Source: an uncultured cyanobacterium (GTDB lineage: Bacteria; Cyanobacteriota; Cyanobacteriia; Cyanobacteriales; Nostocaceae). From it: a DNA stretch of 64,000 nt. Made by a program: the position numbers and the translations under genes. This document shows, one piece after another, positions 40,363 through 51,913 of this stretch (position 1 is the first letter of the stretch; each line of letters begins with the position of its first letter). The notes below the pieces were generated by a model. That model did not search any database, had not been told where the DNA came from, and saw nothing but the letters and a program-made list of their open reading frames with translations. The stretch lies in contig OY970166.1 of assembly GCA_963706595.1 (NCBI GenBank), positions 4,416,001 through 4,480,000 on the forward strand, in the 5' to 3' direction.

Positions 40363-40809
40363 CTAAAGTGTGACATTTCCATCTACACTACCGATGCTAC
40401 CAATGTTTTTAGCTTGGCTATTCTGCATCTGTCCAATCATTTGTCCTTCAACTGTGCCGGCTGTTTGCTGAATTTGAACGCCACCTTTATCAACTCCATC
40501 GTTATCTTGAAGAATTTTGGCAATGATATCTGCAAGTCCTTGATCTTTTTTAAAGAGTGTTTCTAACTCTTCTTGAAGTGCGGCTTTCCAAACTTCACTA
40601 TCTGGTTTTTCTGCTAACTTTGTGGCGGCGATGTTGGCTGCTGCTTCTGCTTCGACTGGAGGATATAATTTTTTCCAAATTGCGGTGGCTTTATCCCAAG
40701 TGTCTTGACCAAGCTTGGTCGCTGCTGCACTTAATGCCGGCTCTCCAACTTTTTTTAACAGAAAGGGCAGACATGGAGCTAGAAAAGTTGTCAAAATTGC
40801 TACATCCAT
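40363..40809 (-). CDS. Bell-like helical-domain protein with C-terminal putative amyloid-signalling motif
   Basis: Hydrophobic N-terminal helix (FLAPCLPFLLK), G.D.W.KA.AIW.KL pattern, ~105-aa helical domain, then tail IQQTAGTVEGQMIGQMQNSQAKNIGSIGSVDGNVTL. Confidence 0.65.
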   Translation of the reverse strand: MDVAILTTFLAPCLPFLLKKVGEPALSAAATKLGQDTWDKATAIWKKLYPPVEAEAAANIAATKLAEKPDSEVWKAALQEELETLFKKDQGLADIIAKILQDNDGVDKGGVQIQQTAGTVEGQMIGQMQNSQAKNIGSIGSVDGNVTL

Positions 40810-41130
40810 TTATTTAAATTCTGATATTTTGCAAGTAACTTGATGTAACTCATAAATACCACAGCTTCTTATGGGAAAACAAGCCCAAATCCTGCATTTT
40901 AGGGATTGACGACTTGATGGGGATATTTAGCCTCTGGTAGAGTTTATAACTTTTTTGTAAATTATCTTGACATTTTGTAACAAAGTTGTTAAGATTGTTT
41001 ACATAAGTTAGCAAATACCTCAAGCACCTACGTAAATTACTATTAAAAAAGTTGCCTTGGAATTGAGTTAGAAATTCGCTTATTTGTATTGTTGTATCTA
41101 AATCGTCATTCTTACTTCTCCTAATCAGAG

Positions 41131-41157
41131 ACCTCAGTTGCCAAGCTGAGGTTTTTT
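41131..41157. terminator. Intrinsic terminator-like hairpin
   Basis: ACCTCAG-TTGCCAAG-CTGAGGT followed by a T-run on +, just past the 3' end of the 41170 gene. Confidence 0.5.
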
Positions 41158-41169
41158 GTTGGGGATAAA

Positions 41170-41964
41170 TTAGCTTTTTGGTTTTTGAAATATTTCGGCG
41201 AAAAACTGCTTGAGGGCTTGCCAGGAGCGTTTTTCTACTACTGGATTATATAGCGATCGCGGCGCACTATTAGCTTCTGGATTTGTAAAGCTATGCACTG
41301 CACCACCATAAGATATTAATTGCCAATCAACATTGGCTTCTCGCATTTCGGTAGCAAATGCTTGTACTTGTTCGTCTGGCACAATGGGGTCATCAGCACC
41401 ATGTAACACTAATACTTTGGCTTGGATGTTTTTGGCATCATTGGGGTTAGGGGTGTCAAGGTTGCCGTGAAAACTTGCTACTCCGGCAATATTTGCCCCA
41501 CTCCGGGCTAGTTCTAAGACTGTTCCACCGCCGAAGCAGTAACCAATGGCGGCTATGCGTTGAATATCGGTGAGTGGGTTTTGTCGTAAAACTTTTAAGC
41601 CGGCAAGAGTGCGATCGCGCAATAATTGTCTATCCTGACGATAAATTGAGGCTTGTTTTCCTGACTCTTCGGGGTTGTTTGGTCTAATGCCTTTACCGTA
41701 AATATCAGCAGCAAATGCTACATAACCAAGTTTAGCTAATTCCTCAGTGCGTTCTTTCACAAAGGACTGTAAACCGTTCCACTCATGCACGACTAAAACG
41801 CCAGGACGCTTACCTGGGATAGAATCGTCGAAAGCAAGATAACCTTCCAAAACGGTATCGCCGTGTTTATACTCAATAGTTCGCGTTTGAATTGCTGCAA
41901 GCACTGGTGTAGAAGATAACGACATCAGCACAGGGGCAACTAAAACCGGAATCAGTAATTTCAT
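41170..41964 (-). CDS. Dienelactone hydrolase family protein with signal peptide
   Basis: HEWNG, GYCFGG, HGADD, HSF. Confidence 0.9.
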   Translation of the reverse strand: MKLLIPVLVAPVLMSLSSTPVLAAIQTRTIEYKHGDTVLEGYLAFDDSIPGKRPGVLVVHEWNGLQSFVKERTEELAKLGYVAFAADIYGKGIRPNNPEESGKQASIYRQDRQLLRDRTLAGLKVLRQNPLTDIQRIAAIGYCFGGGTVLELARSGANIAGVASFHGNLDTPNPNDAKNIQAKVLVLHGADDPIVPDEQVQAFATEMREANVDWQLISYGGAVHSFTNPEANSAPRSLYNPVVEKRSWQALKQFFAEIFQKPKS

Positions 41965-42082
41965 GGCGTGATTAATTTAAACTTTCTGGATATTTTGCCA
42001 TTGTGACACGGCTAAATCACGCTGCGATCGCTACATTAGAAGATACAACAAGATATTATTTATAGGCGACTCACACAAAACC

Positions 42083-44191
42083 ATGAGTGCAAATCTCACT
42101 ATTTCGCAAAATCCCTTACTTCAAGGTTCTGGCTTACCTCCCTTCAGTGAGATTAAACCAGAGCAAATAATACCAGCTTTTACCGAACTATTGGCAGAAC
42201 TTGAGCAAAAGCTGACCACCTTAGAAGCTAATATTCAGCCTACTTGGAGTGGCTTAGTAGAACCACTCGAAAAGCTCACAGAACGGCTAAACTGGAGTTG
42301 GGGCATAGTGAGCCATTTAATGGGTGTGAAAAATAGCCCCGAACTGCGTGAAGCTTATGAAACCGTACAACCACAAGTAGTACAGTTTCTTAACAAACTC
42401 GGTCAAAGCCAGCCAGTTTATAATGCTTTGAAGCAACTCCGCGCCAGTGATAACTGGGAAAATTTAGAATCAGCCCAGCAAAGAATTGTCGAAGCTGGTA
42501 TCAGAGATGCCAAACTTTCCGGTGTTGGCTTACAAGGAGAAGCCAGGGAGCGTTTCAACGCCATTCAAATGGAATTAGCAGAACTTGGTACAAAGTTCTC
42601 AAACCATGTCCTAGATGCCACCAAAGCCTTTAGCTTAACCCTGACAACAAAAGCCGAAATTGACGGCTTACCCGATAGCTTAATTAGTCTAGCAGCACAA
42701 CTTGCCCGTGATGCGGGAGCAGAAAACGCCACCCCAGAAAATGGTCCTTGGCGCATTACCTTAGACTTTCCCAGCTACGGACCTTTCATGCAGCACAGCA
42801 CCCGCCGAGATTTGCGCGAACAGCTCTACAAAGCTTTCGTCACTCGTGCTTCATTCGGGGAGTTTAATAATCAGCCGTTAATTGAGCGCACTTTAGAATT
42901 ACGGCAAGAACTAGCAAGTTTACTCGGCTTTGAAAATTATGCCCAAATGAGCCTAGCCAGTAAAATGGCTCCTAATGTGGCAGCAGTGGAAGCATTATTA
43001 GAAGAACTACGTCAAGCCAGTTATGATGCGGCTGTCAAAGACTTAGAAGCACTCAAAGCCTTTGCAGCTAGCAAAAAAGCACCAGAAGCCGAAGACTTAC
43101 AACACTGGGATACCAGCTTTTGGGCAGAACGCCAACGGGAAGAAAAATTTGCCTTCACCGCCGAAGAATTACGTCCTTACTTTCCCTTACCTCAAGTTTT
43201 AGATGGTTTATTTGGACTGGTAAAACGGCTGTTTGGCATTACTGTTACCCCTGCTGATGGACAAGCCCCAGTCTGGAATGAGGATGTGCGTTATTTTCAA
43301 ATTGCTGATGAAACCGGTAATCCTCTAGCTTACTTCTACTTAGACCCCTACAGCCGTCCCGCAGAAAAACGCGGTGGTGCTTGGATGGATGTCTGTATTA
43401 ATCGCAGCAAAATCACTGATAATGGTGTAACAGAGATTCGTTTGCCTGTGGCTTATTTGGTATGTAACCAAAGTCCCCCGGTTGATGGTAAGCCAAGTTT
43501 GATGACTTTCTATGAAGTAGAAACGTTATTTCATGAATTTGGTCATGGCTTGCATCACATGATGACCAAAGTAGACTACACCGGAGCAGCAGGCATCAAC
43601 AATGTCGAATGGGATGCCGTAGAATTACCCAGTCAATTCATGGAAAACTGGTGCTATGAGCGACCAACTTTGTTTGGCATGGCGAAGCATTATCAAACTG
43701 GTGAACCCTTACCGGAGCATTATTACCAAAAACTCCTAGCTGCACGCAACTATATGAGTGGTAGTGTGATGTTGCGGCAAGTTCACTTTAGCAGTGTTGA
43801 TTTAGAATTACACTATCGTTATCGCCCTGGTAGTGGTGAAACCGCCGCAGATGTGCGTCATCGCCTAGCTAAAACTACTACGGTTTTACCGCCGCTACCA
43901 GAAGACGCTTTTTTATGCGCTTTTGGACACATTTTTGCTGGGGGTTATGCCGCAGGTTATTACAGCTACAAGTGGGCTGAAGTTCTTAGTGCTGATGCGT
44001 TTGCTGCTTTTGAAGAAGCTGGTTTAGAAGATGAACAAGCGATAAAAGCTACAGGTAAACGTTACCGGGAAACAGTCTTAGCTCTCGGTGGTAGTCAACA
44101 TCCCATGAATGTGTTTGCATCTTTCCGAGGTCGTGAACCTAGTACGGCTTCGTTACTCAAGCATACTGGTTTATTAGCGACTGTAAATTAA
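42083..44191 (+). CDS. prlC: Oligopeptidase A (M3 family)
   Basis: KRGGAWM, FHEFGHGLHH, VELPSQFMENW, GYAAGYYSYKWAE. Confidence 0.93.
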   Translation: MSANLTISQNPLLQGSGLPPFSEIKPEQIIPAFTELLAELEQKLTTLEANIQPTWSGLVEPLEKLTERLNWSWGIVSHLMGVKNSPELREAYETVQPQVVQFLNKLGQSQPVYNALKQLRASDNWENLESAQQRIVEAGIRDAKLSGVGLQGEARERFNAIQMELAELGTKFSNHVLDATKAFSLTLTTKAEIDGLPDSLISLAAQLARDAGAENATPENGPWRITLDFPSYGPFMQHSTRRDLREQLYKAFVTRASFGEFNNQPLIERTLELRQELASLLGFENYAQMSLASKMAPNVAAVEALLEELRQASYDAAVKDLEALKAFAASKKAPEAEDLQHWDTSFWAERQREEKFAFTAEELRPYFPLPQVLDGLFGLVKRLFGITVTPADGQAPVWNEDVRYFQIADETGNPLAYFYLDPYSRPAEKRGGAWMDVCINRSKITDNGVTEIRLPVAYLVCNQSPPVDGKPSLMTFYEVETLFHEFGHGLHHMMTKVDYTGAAGINNVEWDAVELPSQFMENWCYERPTLFGMAKHYQTGEPLPEHYYQKLLAARNYMSGSVMLRQVHFSSVDLELHYRYRPGSGETAADVRHRLAKTTTVLPPLPEDAFLCAFGHIFAGGYAAGYYSYKWAEVLSADAFAAFEEAGLEDEQAIKATGKRYRETVLALGGSQHPMNVFASFRGREPSTASLLKHTGLLATVN

Positions 44192-44202
44192 CGATTATCC
44201 AG

Positions 44203-44319
44203 TAGGGTGTGTTATGCCGTAGGCTAACGCACCTTAATTCGTTGATGCTGCTGTCTGATCAGAATTCAGTATTTTCCTAAATTAAAATGGTGCGTTGCGC
44301 TACGCGACAACACACCCTA
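44203..44319. repeat. REPIN-like inverted repeat pair
   Basis: TAGGGTGTGTT...AACGCACC / GGTGCGTT...AACACACCCTA; a related short palindrome lies at ~19827-19853. Confidence 0.6.
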
Positions 44320-44725
44320 AGTCTAGATTAAGTTTATATTTTTAATTAATTTGCTGATATTTACAAACATAAATAGAAAAGTCTCATTTTTATATAAAAT
44401 TCTTTGCAATACTTAACTTTTTTATAATTAAAATAAATCAACATAGATTAAAAATAATAACTAACATCATAATTTATGAAGTTTATTACGCTAAATTGAG
44501 AGTATGCTTAATCCTTGAAGCCTAGTTCCAAGTTTAAGTAACTTAGGGCAATATAACTCAACATTAATTAACTATTCATCACAGGTTTTAGTGCTAATAG
44601 CTAAATGATTAAAAGTTTGTTTGTGCCGATTTACTAACTAGGTTATTGAGTAAGGCGTTGAAACTTTCAACTAAGCCAAGTAACAAGACTAAACACCAAA
44701 GCAACTTTAAGGGCGAGAAGTAAAA

Positions 44726-45577
44726 ATGATTAAAAAAATTTTGCTAGCGGTTTCTGGCTTGGGCCATGCAGAAGAAATGCTCAAAACCTTAAAGGAGATG
44801 CCATCAATCCAATCCGCAAAGGTTACAGTTCTGCACGTTGTACCTCCCCAAAGTACGTCTGCGGCCATGACAGATAAATGGGAAGAAGGGGGCAAAATCT
44901 TGGCTAATGCGATTCAATTTCTGAATTTAGACCCCAGTCAGGTGTCTTCAATTTTGCGCCAAGGTGATCCCAAGGATGTAGTTTGCCAAGTAGCAGATGA
45001 CATGGATGCTGACTTAATTATTATGGGTTCACGCGGACTCAAGCGTTTGCAATCCATTTTATCTAACTCTGTGAGTCAGTATGTTTTCCAGCTTTCTTCT
45101 CGCCCCATGTTGCTGGTTAAGGATGATATTTATGTCAAGAGAATTAAGCGCGTGATGGTGGCGATGGATAACTCTGATTCTGCCAGAAAATGCTTAAGTT
45201 TGGCACTGTTCTTGTTACAAGGTGTTCAGGGTGGTCAGTTAATTTTGTCTAATGTGACTACAGATTTGCGTGGCAAAACATCTGAAGTTACGGATATTAA
45301 CCCCGAAAAAAATTCAGTTTTGGCAGAGGCGGTTGCTGACGCTCAAAAATATGGTGTGCAAACTCGTTGTGTCACCAGTAGCGGCAAACCAGGTGAAGAA
45401 ATTTGTCGTCTAGCAGAAGAGTTAAATACAGACTTATTGTTGATTGGATCTCCTGACCGTCGGCCATCGGTGGCTAAGAGTTTGGTGGATATAGACAGAC
45501 TCATCGGTGCTTCTTTGTCTGACTATGTTCGTGTTAATGCTACTTGTCCTGTGTTGTTGGCGCGGACTGTGGCTTAA
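44726..45577 (+). CDS. Tandem-domain universal stress protein
   Basis: Two USP domains; GDP...DLIIMGSRG...SVS. Confidence 0.9.
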   Translation: MIKKILLAVSGLGHAEEMLKTLKEMPSIQSAKVTVLHVVPPQSTSAAMTDKWEEGGKILANAIQFLNLDPSQVSSILRQGDPKDVVCQVADDMDADLIIMGSRGLKRLQSILSNSVSQYVFQLSSRPMLLVKDDIYVKRIKRVMVAMDNSDSARKCLSLALFLLQGVQGGQLILSNVTTDLRGKTSEVTDINPEKNSVLAEAVADAQKYGVQTRCVTSSGKPGEEICRLAEELNTDLLLIGSPDRRPSVAKSLVDIDRLIGASLSDYVRVNATCPVLLARTVA

Positions 45578-45657
45578 TATCACCCTAAATTTAGCGGTTG
45601 GTCAACAAAAAACCCCTGCACCAATGGTGTTGGGGTTCTTTATCTTATACACAAATG

Positions 45658-45774
45658 TCAAGAATCTTTTCCACCTTCACGGCTAGCAGTTTGGATGTAA
45701 AGAACTATTAAAAACACTGCGGGAACTAGAACGAACAGAATGCTCGCTACAAACCCTAGTTCATTCACTTGCAT
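45658..45774 (-). CDS. psbM: Photosystem II protein M (not in ORF track)
   Basis: Manual translation: [38 protein letters not shown]. Confidence 0.95.
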   Translation of the reverse strand: MQVNELGFVASILFVLVPAVFLIVLYIQTASREGGKDS

Positions 45775-45871
45775 AGCAAGAAAGCCTCTCTTTAATTTCA
45801 GTTTCCAGTCAACAACTTTAGAATAGCATTATCGATGCCAGTGTTAGCTGAAATTTTTGACAAGTTAGGCG

Positions 45872-46168
45872 TTAGGGTTTTGTGACTACACTAACTGGTC
45901 CATTGACTAGGGTTTGACAGGCGAGACGGTAATTATCCGGCTTTTTTTTAAACTTTTGGTTCTCTACATTGGTGCGTGGGGAAAGGTTTTCCATTCCTTC
46001 GACTATTTCCACAATGCAAGTACCACATTGACCAGCGCCACCGCAATTGGTCATTTTGCCAATAAGTTTATATATATCAATGCCATTTTCCATAGCTTTG
46101 AGTCGAAGATTAGCCCCATCTGCTGCTATTACTTCTTTGTTTTCTTTGACAAATTTGATGTTACCCAT
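45872..46168 (-). CDS. 2Fe-2S ferredoxin
   Basis: [11 protein letters not shown]...RLACQ. Confidence 0.9.
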   Translation of the reverse strand: MGNIKFVKENKEVIAADGANLRLKAMENGIDIYKLIGKMTNCGGAGQCGTCIVEIVEGMENLSPRTNVENQKFKKKPDNYRLACQTLVNGPVSVVTKP

Positions 46169-46361
46169 AGCTGATTGATACCTGTTTGACTGTAGGCGTG
46201 GCTGGAAAAGCTGAGTTTTACACAGTTTCTATAAACTATCCTACTTAATTTATGGTAGCTTATTACAAAATATTAAGAAATATCAAGTTTATCAAAGCAG
46301 AAATTGCCAAATAAATAGGACAGGTTAAGATACCTGTCCCAAAAATCGGTAATGGGTTAGC

Positions 46362-46499
46362 TTACCTGAATCCAACGGCTGCTTGCCATACAAAAGCCAA
46401 CAACAAGAAAAATACGGGAATAATTGGGAGAACATCTACCAAAGGATCGAAGATTTGGTAAGCTTCAGGCAATTTTGCTAATAACAATGCTGCTTCCAT
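46362..46499 (-). CDS. psbK: Photosystem II protein K (not in ORF track)
   Basis: Manual translation: [45 protein letters not shown]. Confidence 0.95.
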   Translation of the reverse strand: MEAALLLAKLPEAYQIFDPLVDVLPIIPVFFLLLAFVWQAAVGFR

Positions 46500-46625
46500 G
46501 TTTGTCTAAATCCACCTATCTAACACAGAGTTAATATTTGAGATGTATCTTAACATGGTTTGGGGATTGGGGATTGGGTATTTAATATTTTGGGATTGAA
46601 CAAATTCTGGGAGAGTCTCTATTCC

Positions 46626-47750
<1,125 letters not shown>

Positions 47751-48036
47751 CTAAATGTTTAAATACTGGCAATTGATTGATTGTGAATACTTGAGTAATC
47801 ACTACTAAGCCTGATTTCTCTCTCCCTTCTGTGTATTTGGTGGGGTAGAAAAAAAATTATTTAACCACAGAGGCACAGAGGAGCCACTGCGGTCTTGGGG
47901 GTTTCCCCCATGAGCAAGTGGCGTGACACAGAGTTAAGAGGAATGTTTTGACTACAATTTTTACCCATTTTGAAAGGGGTTGTATTCACGACCAACCTAT
48001 GACCGACTTTTTGAGTATATGCTTTATCAGTTCTAA

Positions 48037-48510
48037 TTAAAATGAGTCGGAACAGTCATCGTCAATTTCTGCATCCCATTTAGCGGCAAAGACTTGCTCC
48101 ATCATCGCTTCGATGGCGCTAACATTCAAGTTGCGCTCTTTTCGCTCTTGGGAGGGAGTCGAAAGCGGAATCAGCCGTAAACACATCCCTTCTTGCAATA
48201 AGTCAAAGTAGGTTTCTTGTTGCGGTGATTGTTTTAGTTCTAGATAATCAAAACTATGAACATTCAAGTATAGCGCCGAGTTAGCAACTAGGGTAGACCT
48301 TTGAGGATTGACAAAGACTTCCATGACATCTCCTTCACCCTCGCTCTGTATTTTGCCGAATTGGGTGTAGATGTAGCGGACTCGACCTAAATCAGACAGC
48401 AATCGCCGAATGTCGAGCTTATTCACAATTATTCCCGTGTTAACAATACACGGAGCTGGTATCCTGGTGTCGGGTAGATGGTGACTCATAGGAAAATAGG
48501 AGATAAGCAA
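48037..48510 (-). CDS. Conserved hypothetical protein (start may be MSHHLP)
   Basis: 157-aa ORF with ordinary composition. Confidence 0.6.
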   Translation of the reverse strand: MLISYFPMSHHLPDTRIPAPCIVNTGIIVNKLDIRRLLSDLGRVRYIYTQFGKIQSEGEGDVMEVFVNPQRSTLVANSALYLNVHSFDYLELKQSPQQETYFDLLQEGMCLRLIPLSTPSQERKERNLNVSAIEAMMEQVFAAKWDAEIDDDCSDSF

Positions 48511-48872
48511 AGGTGAGGTACAACACAGCTAAAAGGTAAATTTCACAGCCTGGTGTCCTCATATATTTAAAAAAATATCAACTTTGGAGGGCTATCCTCT
48601 AAATTAAGTCTAGGGTAAGTTATTAGTTGAAAAATGCAAAATCCAATTCTTGGTTGTACTAGTAGTCTGTCAAGTTTACTGACATTCAGTTGCAATCAGC
48701 ACTCGCAGAAGATATGACTGAGAACAGCATAACAAAGTTTTTTCCATGAGTCTCTAATCAAAGGCGATCTTATTTAAAGCTTTAAAATTCCGTACTACTG
48801 CTGCTGTCGGATTTGTGGACAACATCTGTCAGTCAGTGTATGTATATTAATTAACATCATTAATCAGCCGCA

Positions 48873-49628
48873 GTGGTGAAAAAATTAGTTTTAAATTTAT
48901 TTGCTAGTATAATATTTTATACATCTATTCCTCTGCCCTATATCAAGGGGCTAGACTTCCAAAAAGTGGCGTATTTTGCGCCGCTAGTGGGGCTGATGAT
49001 TGGCGGCATTTTAGGGCTATGTGATGGCGGAATGAATTATTTGGGGATACCAGTGTTAACTCGTAGCGCTTTGGTAGTGAGTATTTGGATTGCCATCACT
49101 GGAGGATTACACTTAGATGGGGTAATGGATACTGCTGATGGTTTGGCGGTGGGGAACCCTGAAAAACGCTTAGAGGTGATGGCGGATAGTGCTACAGGTG
49201 CTTTTGGTGCAATGGCGGCGATCGCCTTAATATTACTTAAAACTACAGCTTTAATCGAGATTGGTGATCACCGTTGGCTGGTGCTGATGGCGGCTTGTGG
49301 ATGGGGACGCTGGGGACAACAAGTAGCGATCGCCTGCTATCCTTATTTAAAACCCACTGGCAAAGGTGCATTCCACAAAGCCGCTATTCGTTCATATCAG
49401 GATTTATTACCAGGACTGTTTTTGCTTTTTAGTCTCAGTGGTTTTTCGGTAGTAATAGAGAAAGAATATCTGTTTTTAGCACTCAGCATGATCGGGACTG
49501 GAAGTGCGATCGCCACTTTGACCGGATTATGGTTTAATCACAAATTAGGCGGACACACAGGAGACACCTACGGCGCAGTAGTTGAATGGACAGAAGCCCT
49601 ATTCCTCTGTGTCCTCACCATATTTTAA
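48873..49628 (+). CDS. cobS: Adenosylcobinamide-GDP ribazoletransferase
   Basis: [26 protein letters not shown]. Confidence 0.92.
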   Translation: MVKKLVLNLFASIIFYTSIPLPYIKGLDFQKVAYFAPLVGLMIGGILGLCDGGMNYLGIPVLTRSALVVSIWIAITGGLHLDGVMDTADGLAVGNPEKRLEVMADSATGAFGAMAAIALILLKTTALIEIGDHRWLVLMAACGWGRWGQQVAIACYPYLKPTGKGAFHKAAIRSYQDLLPGLFLLFSLSGFSVVIEKEYLFLALSMIGTGSAIATLTGLWFNHKLGGHTGDTYGAVVEWTEALFLCVLTIF

Positions 49629-49687
49629 TTACGAATTACGAATTACGAATTACGAATTACGAATTACGAATTACGAATTACGAATTA
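49627..49687. repeat. Heptamer tandem repeat (AATTACG x8 plus partial)
   Basis: Read directly; lies between convergent stop codons. Shorter copies near 12232 and 24130. Confidence 0.9.
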
Positions 49688-50164
49688 TTTCACTTCTTGC
49701 AATTTTGTCACCTTCAGTTTAAAGGGACCAACCCCAGTTTCGCCAAAAGACCGGACACGAACAATATAGTTTCCTGTTTCATAAATGCGGGTAAACAGTA
49801 AGGAATTGCTAGTACCATCAGGTCCATCATCATTTTCAGCTACTGTTGTTCCATTAGGTGCTAAGAGTGTGATGATGGGATCAAAACTCTCAGACGTTAA
49901 ATCAATCACTAACTTATCACCCTGATTTAGATTGACCATATAATCACGGCCAAAACCACCCTGACCTGTGGGAATGTCTTTGACTGAGAGTGTATCTGAC
50001 AGTTCCGTACTGGGAGTTAAAGGAATTGGACTATACAATTGATTTTGGGCAAATCCTACCCTTGTATTCATGCCAATTACCAACAAAGTGGCAGGAATAA
50101 TCATTAGTTGTCTGAAACCTACCACAAAAGTTTTACTGATCATTATTAAACAGTGTTCCCACAA
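49685..50164 (-). CDS. Pre-peptidase C-terminal (PPC) domain protein
   Basis: Signal-like N-terminus; FD...LL.P.G..VAENDDG, G.Y.VRV. Confidence 0.8.
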   Translation of the reverse strand: MWEHCLIMISKTFVVGFRQLMIIPATLLVIGMNTRVGFAQNQLYSPIPLTPSTELSDTLSVKDIPTGQGGFGRDYMVNLNQGDKLVIDLTSESFDPIITLLAPNGTTVAENDDGPDGTSNSLLFTRIYETGNYIVRVRSFGETGVGPFKLKVTKLQEVK

Positions 50165-50183
50165 AAACAGGGTTATTGGTTAA

Positions 50184-50900
50184 TTATCGGTTAATTATCG
50201 GTTTGTCAGCTGTAACTTGCTGAGAAACTTTTAAGGAAGTAGTCACAGCTACTAAACCTAAGACGGTAATACCATGCTGATTCAGAATTTTTACAGCAGA
50301 CCTAGTTGTAGCACCCGTAGTATAAATATCGTCAACTAATAACACTGGGACTTTGAGACGGCGACGGCGTAATTCTTCTCCAACAGCAAAAGCTTCAGCT
50401 AAGTTATTTTCTCGTTCAGATACTGATAAACCAAATTGTGCTTTCGTTTCTTGGACTCTTTTTAAACCATTTATCTGCAATTTTAAGCCCGTGGTTTGAC
50501 AAAAACTTTGAGCTATTAATGCAGCTTGGTTATAACCGCGAGTTTTTTGCTTCTGGGGATGGAGTGGTATGGGGACTACCAAAGGTTGTGGTTGGCATTT
50601 GGACACATTTGATAACAACCATGTTTCTCCTAGCCATTGACCCAAAGGGCGGGCAATTTGGGGTTGATTGTCATATTTCATCACAGCGATCGCGCGTTTG
50701 ACAATTCCCCCATATATTCCCCAGCCAAATACAGGTATTGGTTGTTGCCACAAAGCCGCAGGGTCTTTGTGCTGACAGCTTTGGAGTTGCTTAGTACAGT
50801 AAGGACAAAATTCACCCGATGTCGGTCTTTGACATAAAGGACAATGGGATTGCAAAAACAGGTTGAGAAAGTTGTGAAAACTGTGCTTCCAGGTTGGCAT
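50184..50900 (-). CDS. comF: ComF family protein
   Basis: CPLC..CPYC, RGYNQA, LLVDDIYTTGAT. Confidence 0.88.
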   Translation of the reverse strand: MPTWKHSFHNFLNLFLQSHCPLCQRPTSGEFCPYCTKQLQSCQHKDPAALWQQPIPVFGWGIYGGIVKRAIAVMKYDNQPQIARPLGQWLGETWLLSNVSKCQPQPLVVPIPLHPQKQKTRGYNQAALIAQSFCQTTGLKLQINGLKRVQETKAQFGLSVSERENNLAEAFAVGEELRRRRLKVPVLLVDDIYTTGATTRSAVKILNQHGITVLGLVAVTTSLKVSQQVTADKPIINR

Positions 50901-50905
50901 TTATA

Positions 50906-50972
50906 GGGGAGTGGGGAGTGGGGAGTGGGGAGTGGGGAGAAGAGGAACGGGTGCAGGGGGCAGGGGGCAGGG
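50906..50972. repeat. STRR arrays (GGGGAGT; CAGGGGG)
   Basis: Tandem heptamers read directly. Confidence 0.85.
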
Positions 50973-50983
50973 GAGAACAGCTT

Positions 50984-51472
50984 TTAATTATTGGGGAGTA
51001 ATTTCATATATACGCGATCGCAACGTGGTGTTTCTACTCCTGTTGCGGGTTGATAACCATTACTTTCATACAACTTGACTGCTTCTACTAAAGCACTGGC
51101 GGTTTCAATCCAAATTTCCTCAAAACCACGGTTCGCGATCGCCACTTCTAACTGTTGTAACAAATATTTCCCCAATCCCAAACCCCTCACACTTGACAAA
51201 AGATACATTTTGCGGATTTCTACAGCTTTTTTGCCACGTTTTATGGGGTAGTATGCCCCCGTACCAACTAGCTGATTTTGGTGTTCGATTACCCAAAACT
51301 CACCACCAGCTTCTAAGTAAAATTCCTCAACTTGCAGCACATCTTTGTCTGCGCCCTGGGGTTCCCAACCCAGACCATATTCTGATAATACATAACTGAT
51401 GACAGAAGCGGCTCTAGTGCGATCGCCTATCTCCCAATTACGAATCAAAAAATCTTGATAATAGTTTTTCAT
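50984..51472 (-). CDS. GNAT family acetyltransferase
   Basis: EIRKMYL...RGLGLG, A.KLYE..GY. Confidence 0.88.
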   Translation of the reverse strand: MKNYYQDFLIRNWEIGDRTRAASVISYVLSEYGLGWEPQGADKDVLQVEEFYLEAGGEFWVIEHQNQLVGTGAYYPIKRGKKAVEIRKMYLLSSVRGLGLGKYLLQQLEVAIANRGFEEIWIETASALVEAVKLYESNGYQPATGVETPRCDRVYMKLLPNN

Positions 51473-51913
51473 TACTATTTAGGGGGTCAGGTTTGCACAG
51501 AAAATTTTTCTGGATCTATATTCCAATGTACTCAGTCAATAGCTTCTATGGAAGAGTTAATCTCAGACGTTACTGACTAAGAATATTAGCCTCAGCATTC
51601 TGGGTTAAGAGAAAGCTGTCCACGCCTCACTTGTCCAGCACTTTTTCCAGCTAGCTGACTTGATAGTGGCAAGCTATCCGACTAAACTAAAAGAAGACTT
51701 CGGAGTATTTGTACTCAATGGAAATTTAACCAGATGTAAGAAACTCTTGACCCACAATATTAGCAAAGGTAAATTTGGTAGGCTTAATTCTGATCTCCAA
51801 ACCACAGAAATAACCCTGATCGTTAAATAACCCTTTGAAATAGGCATATTAACCAGATAGCATTGCCATAAATCTAAACATACTCATTAGGATTACAAGG
51901 TCAGTAAGCATCA

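Noticed and set aside
40830..41010. NtcA site upstream of the Bell-like gene
   Set aside because: The best match has GTA-N9-TAC spacing, not N8.
48511..48872. Cobalamin riboswitch upstream of cobS
   Set aside because: No B12-box or conserved core recognised.
49627..49687. AATTACG array as a CRISPR, or the ITNYELR ORF (49586-49801) as a gene
   Set aside because: Spacerless heptamer tandem repeat typical of Nostocales; the ORF is a by-product.
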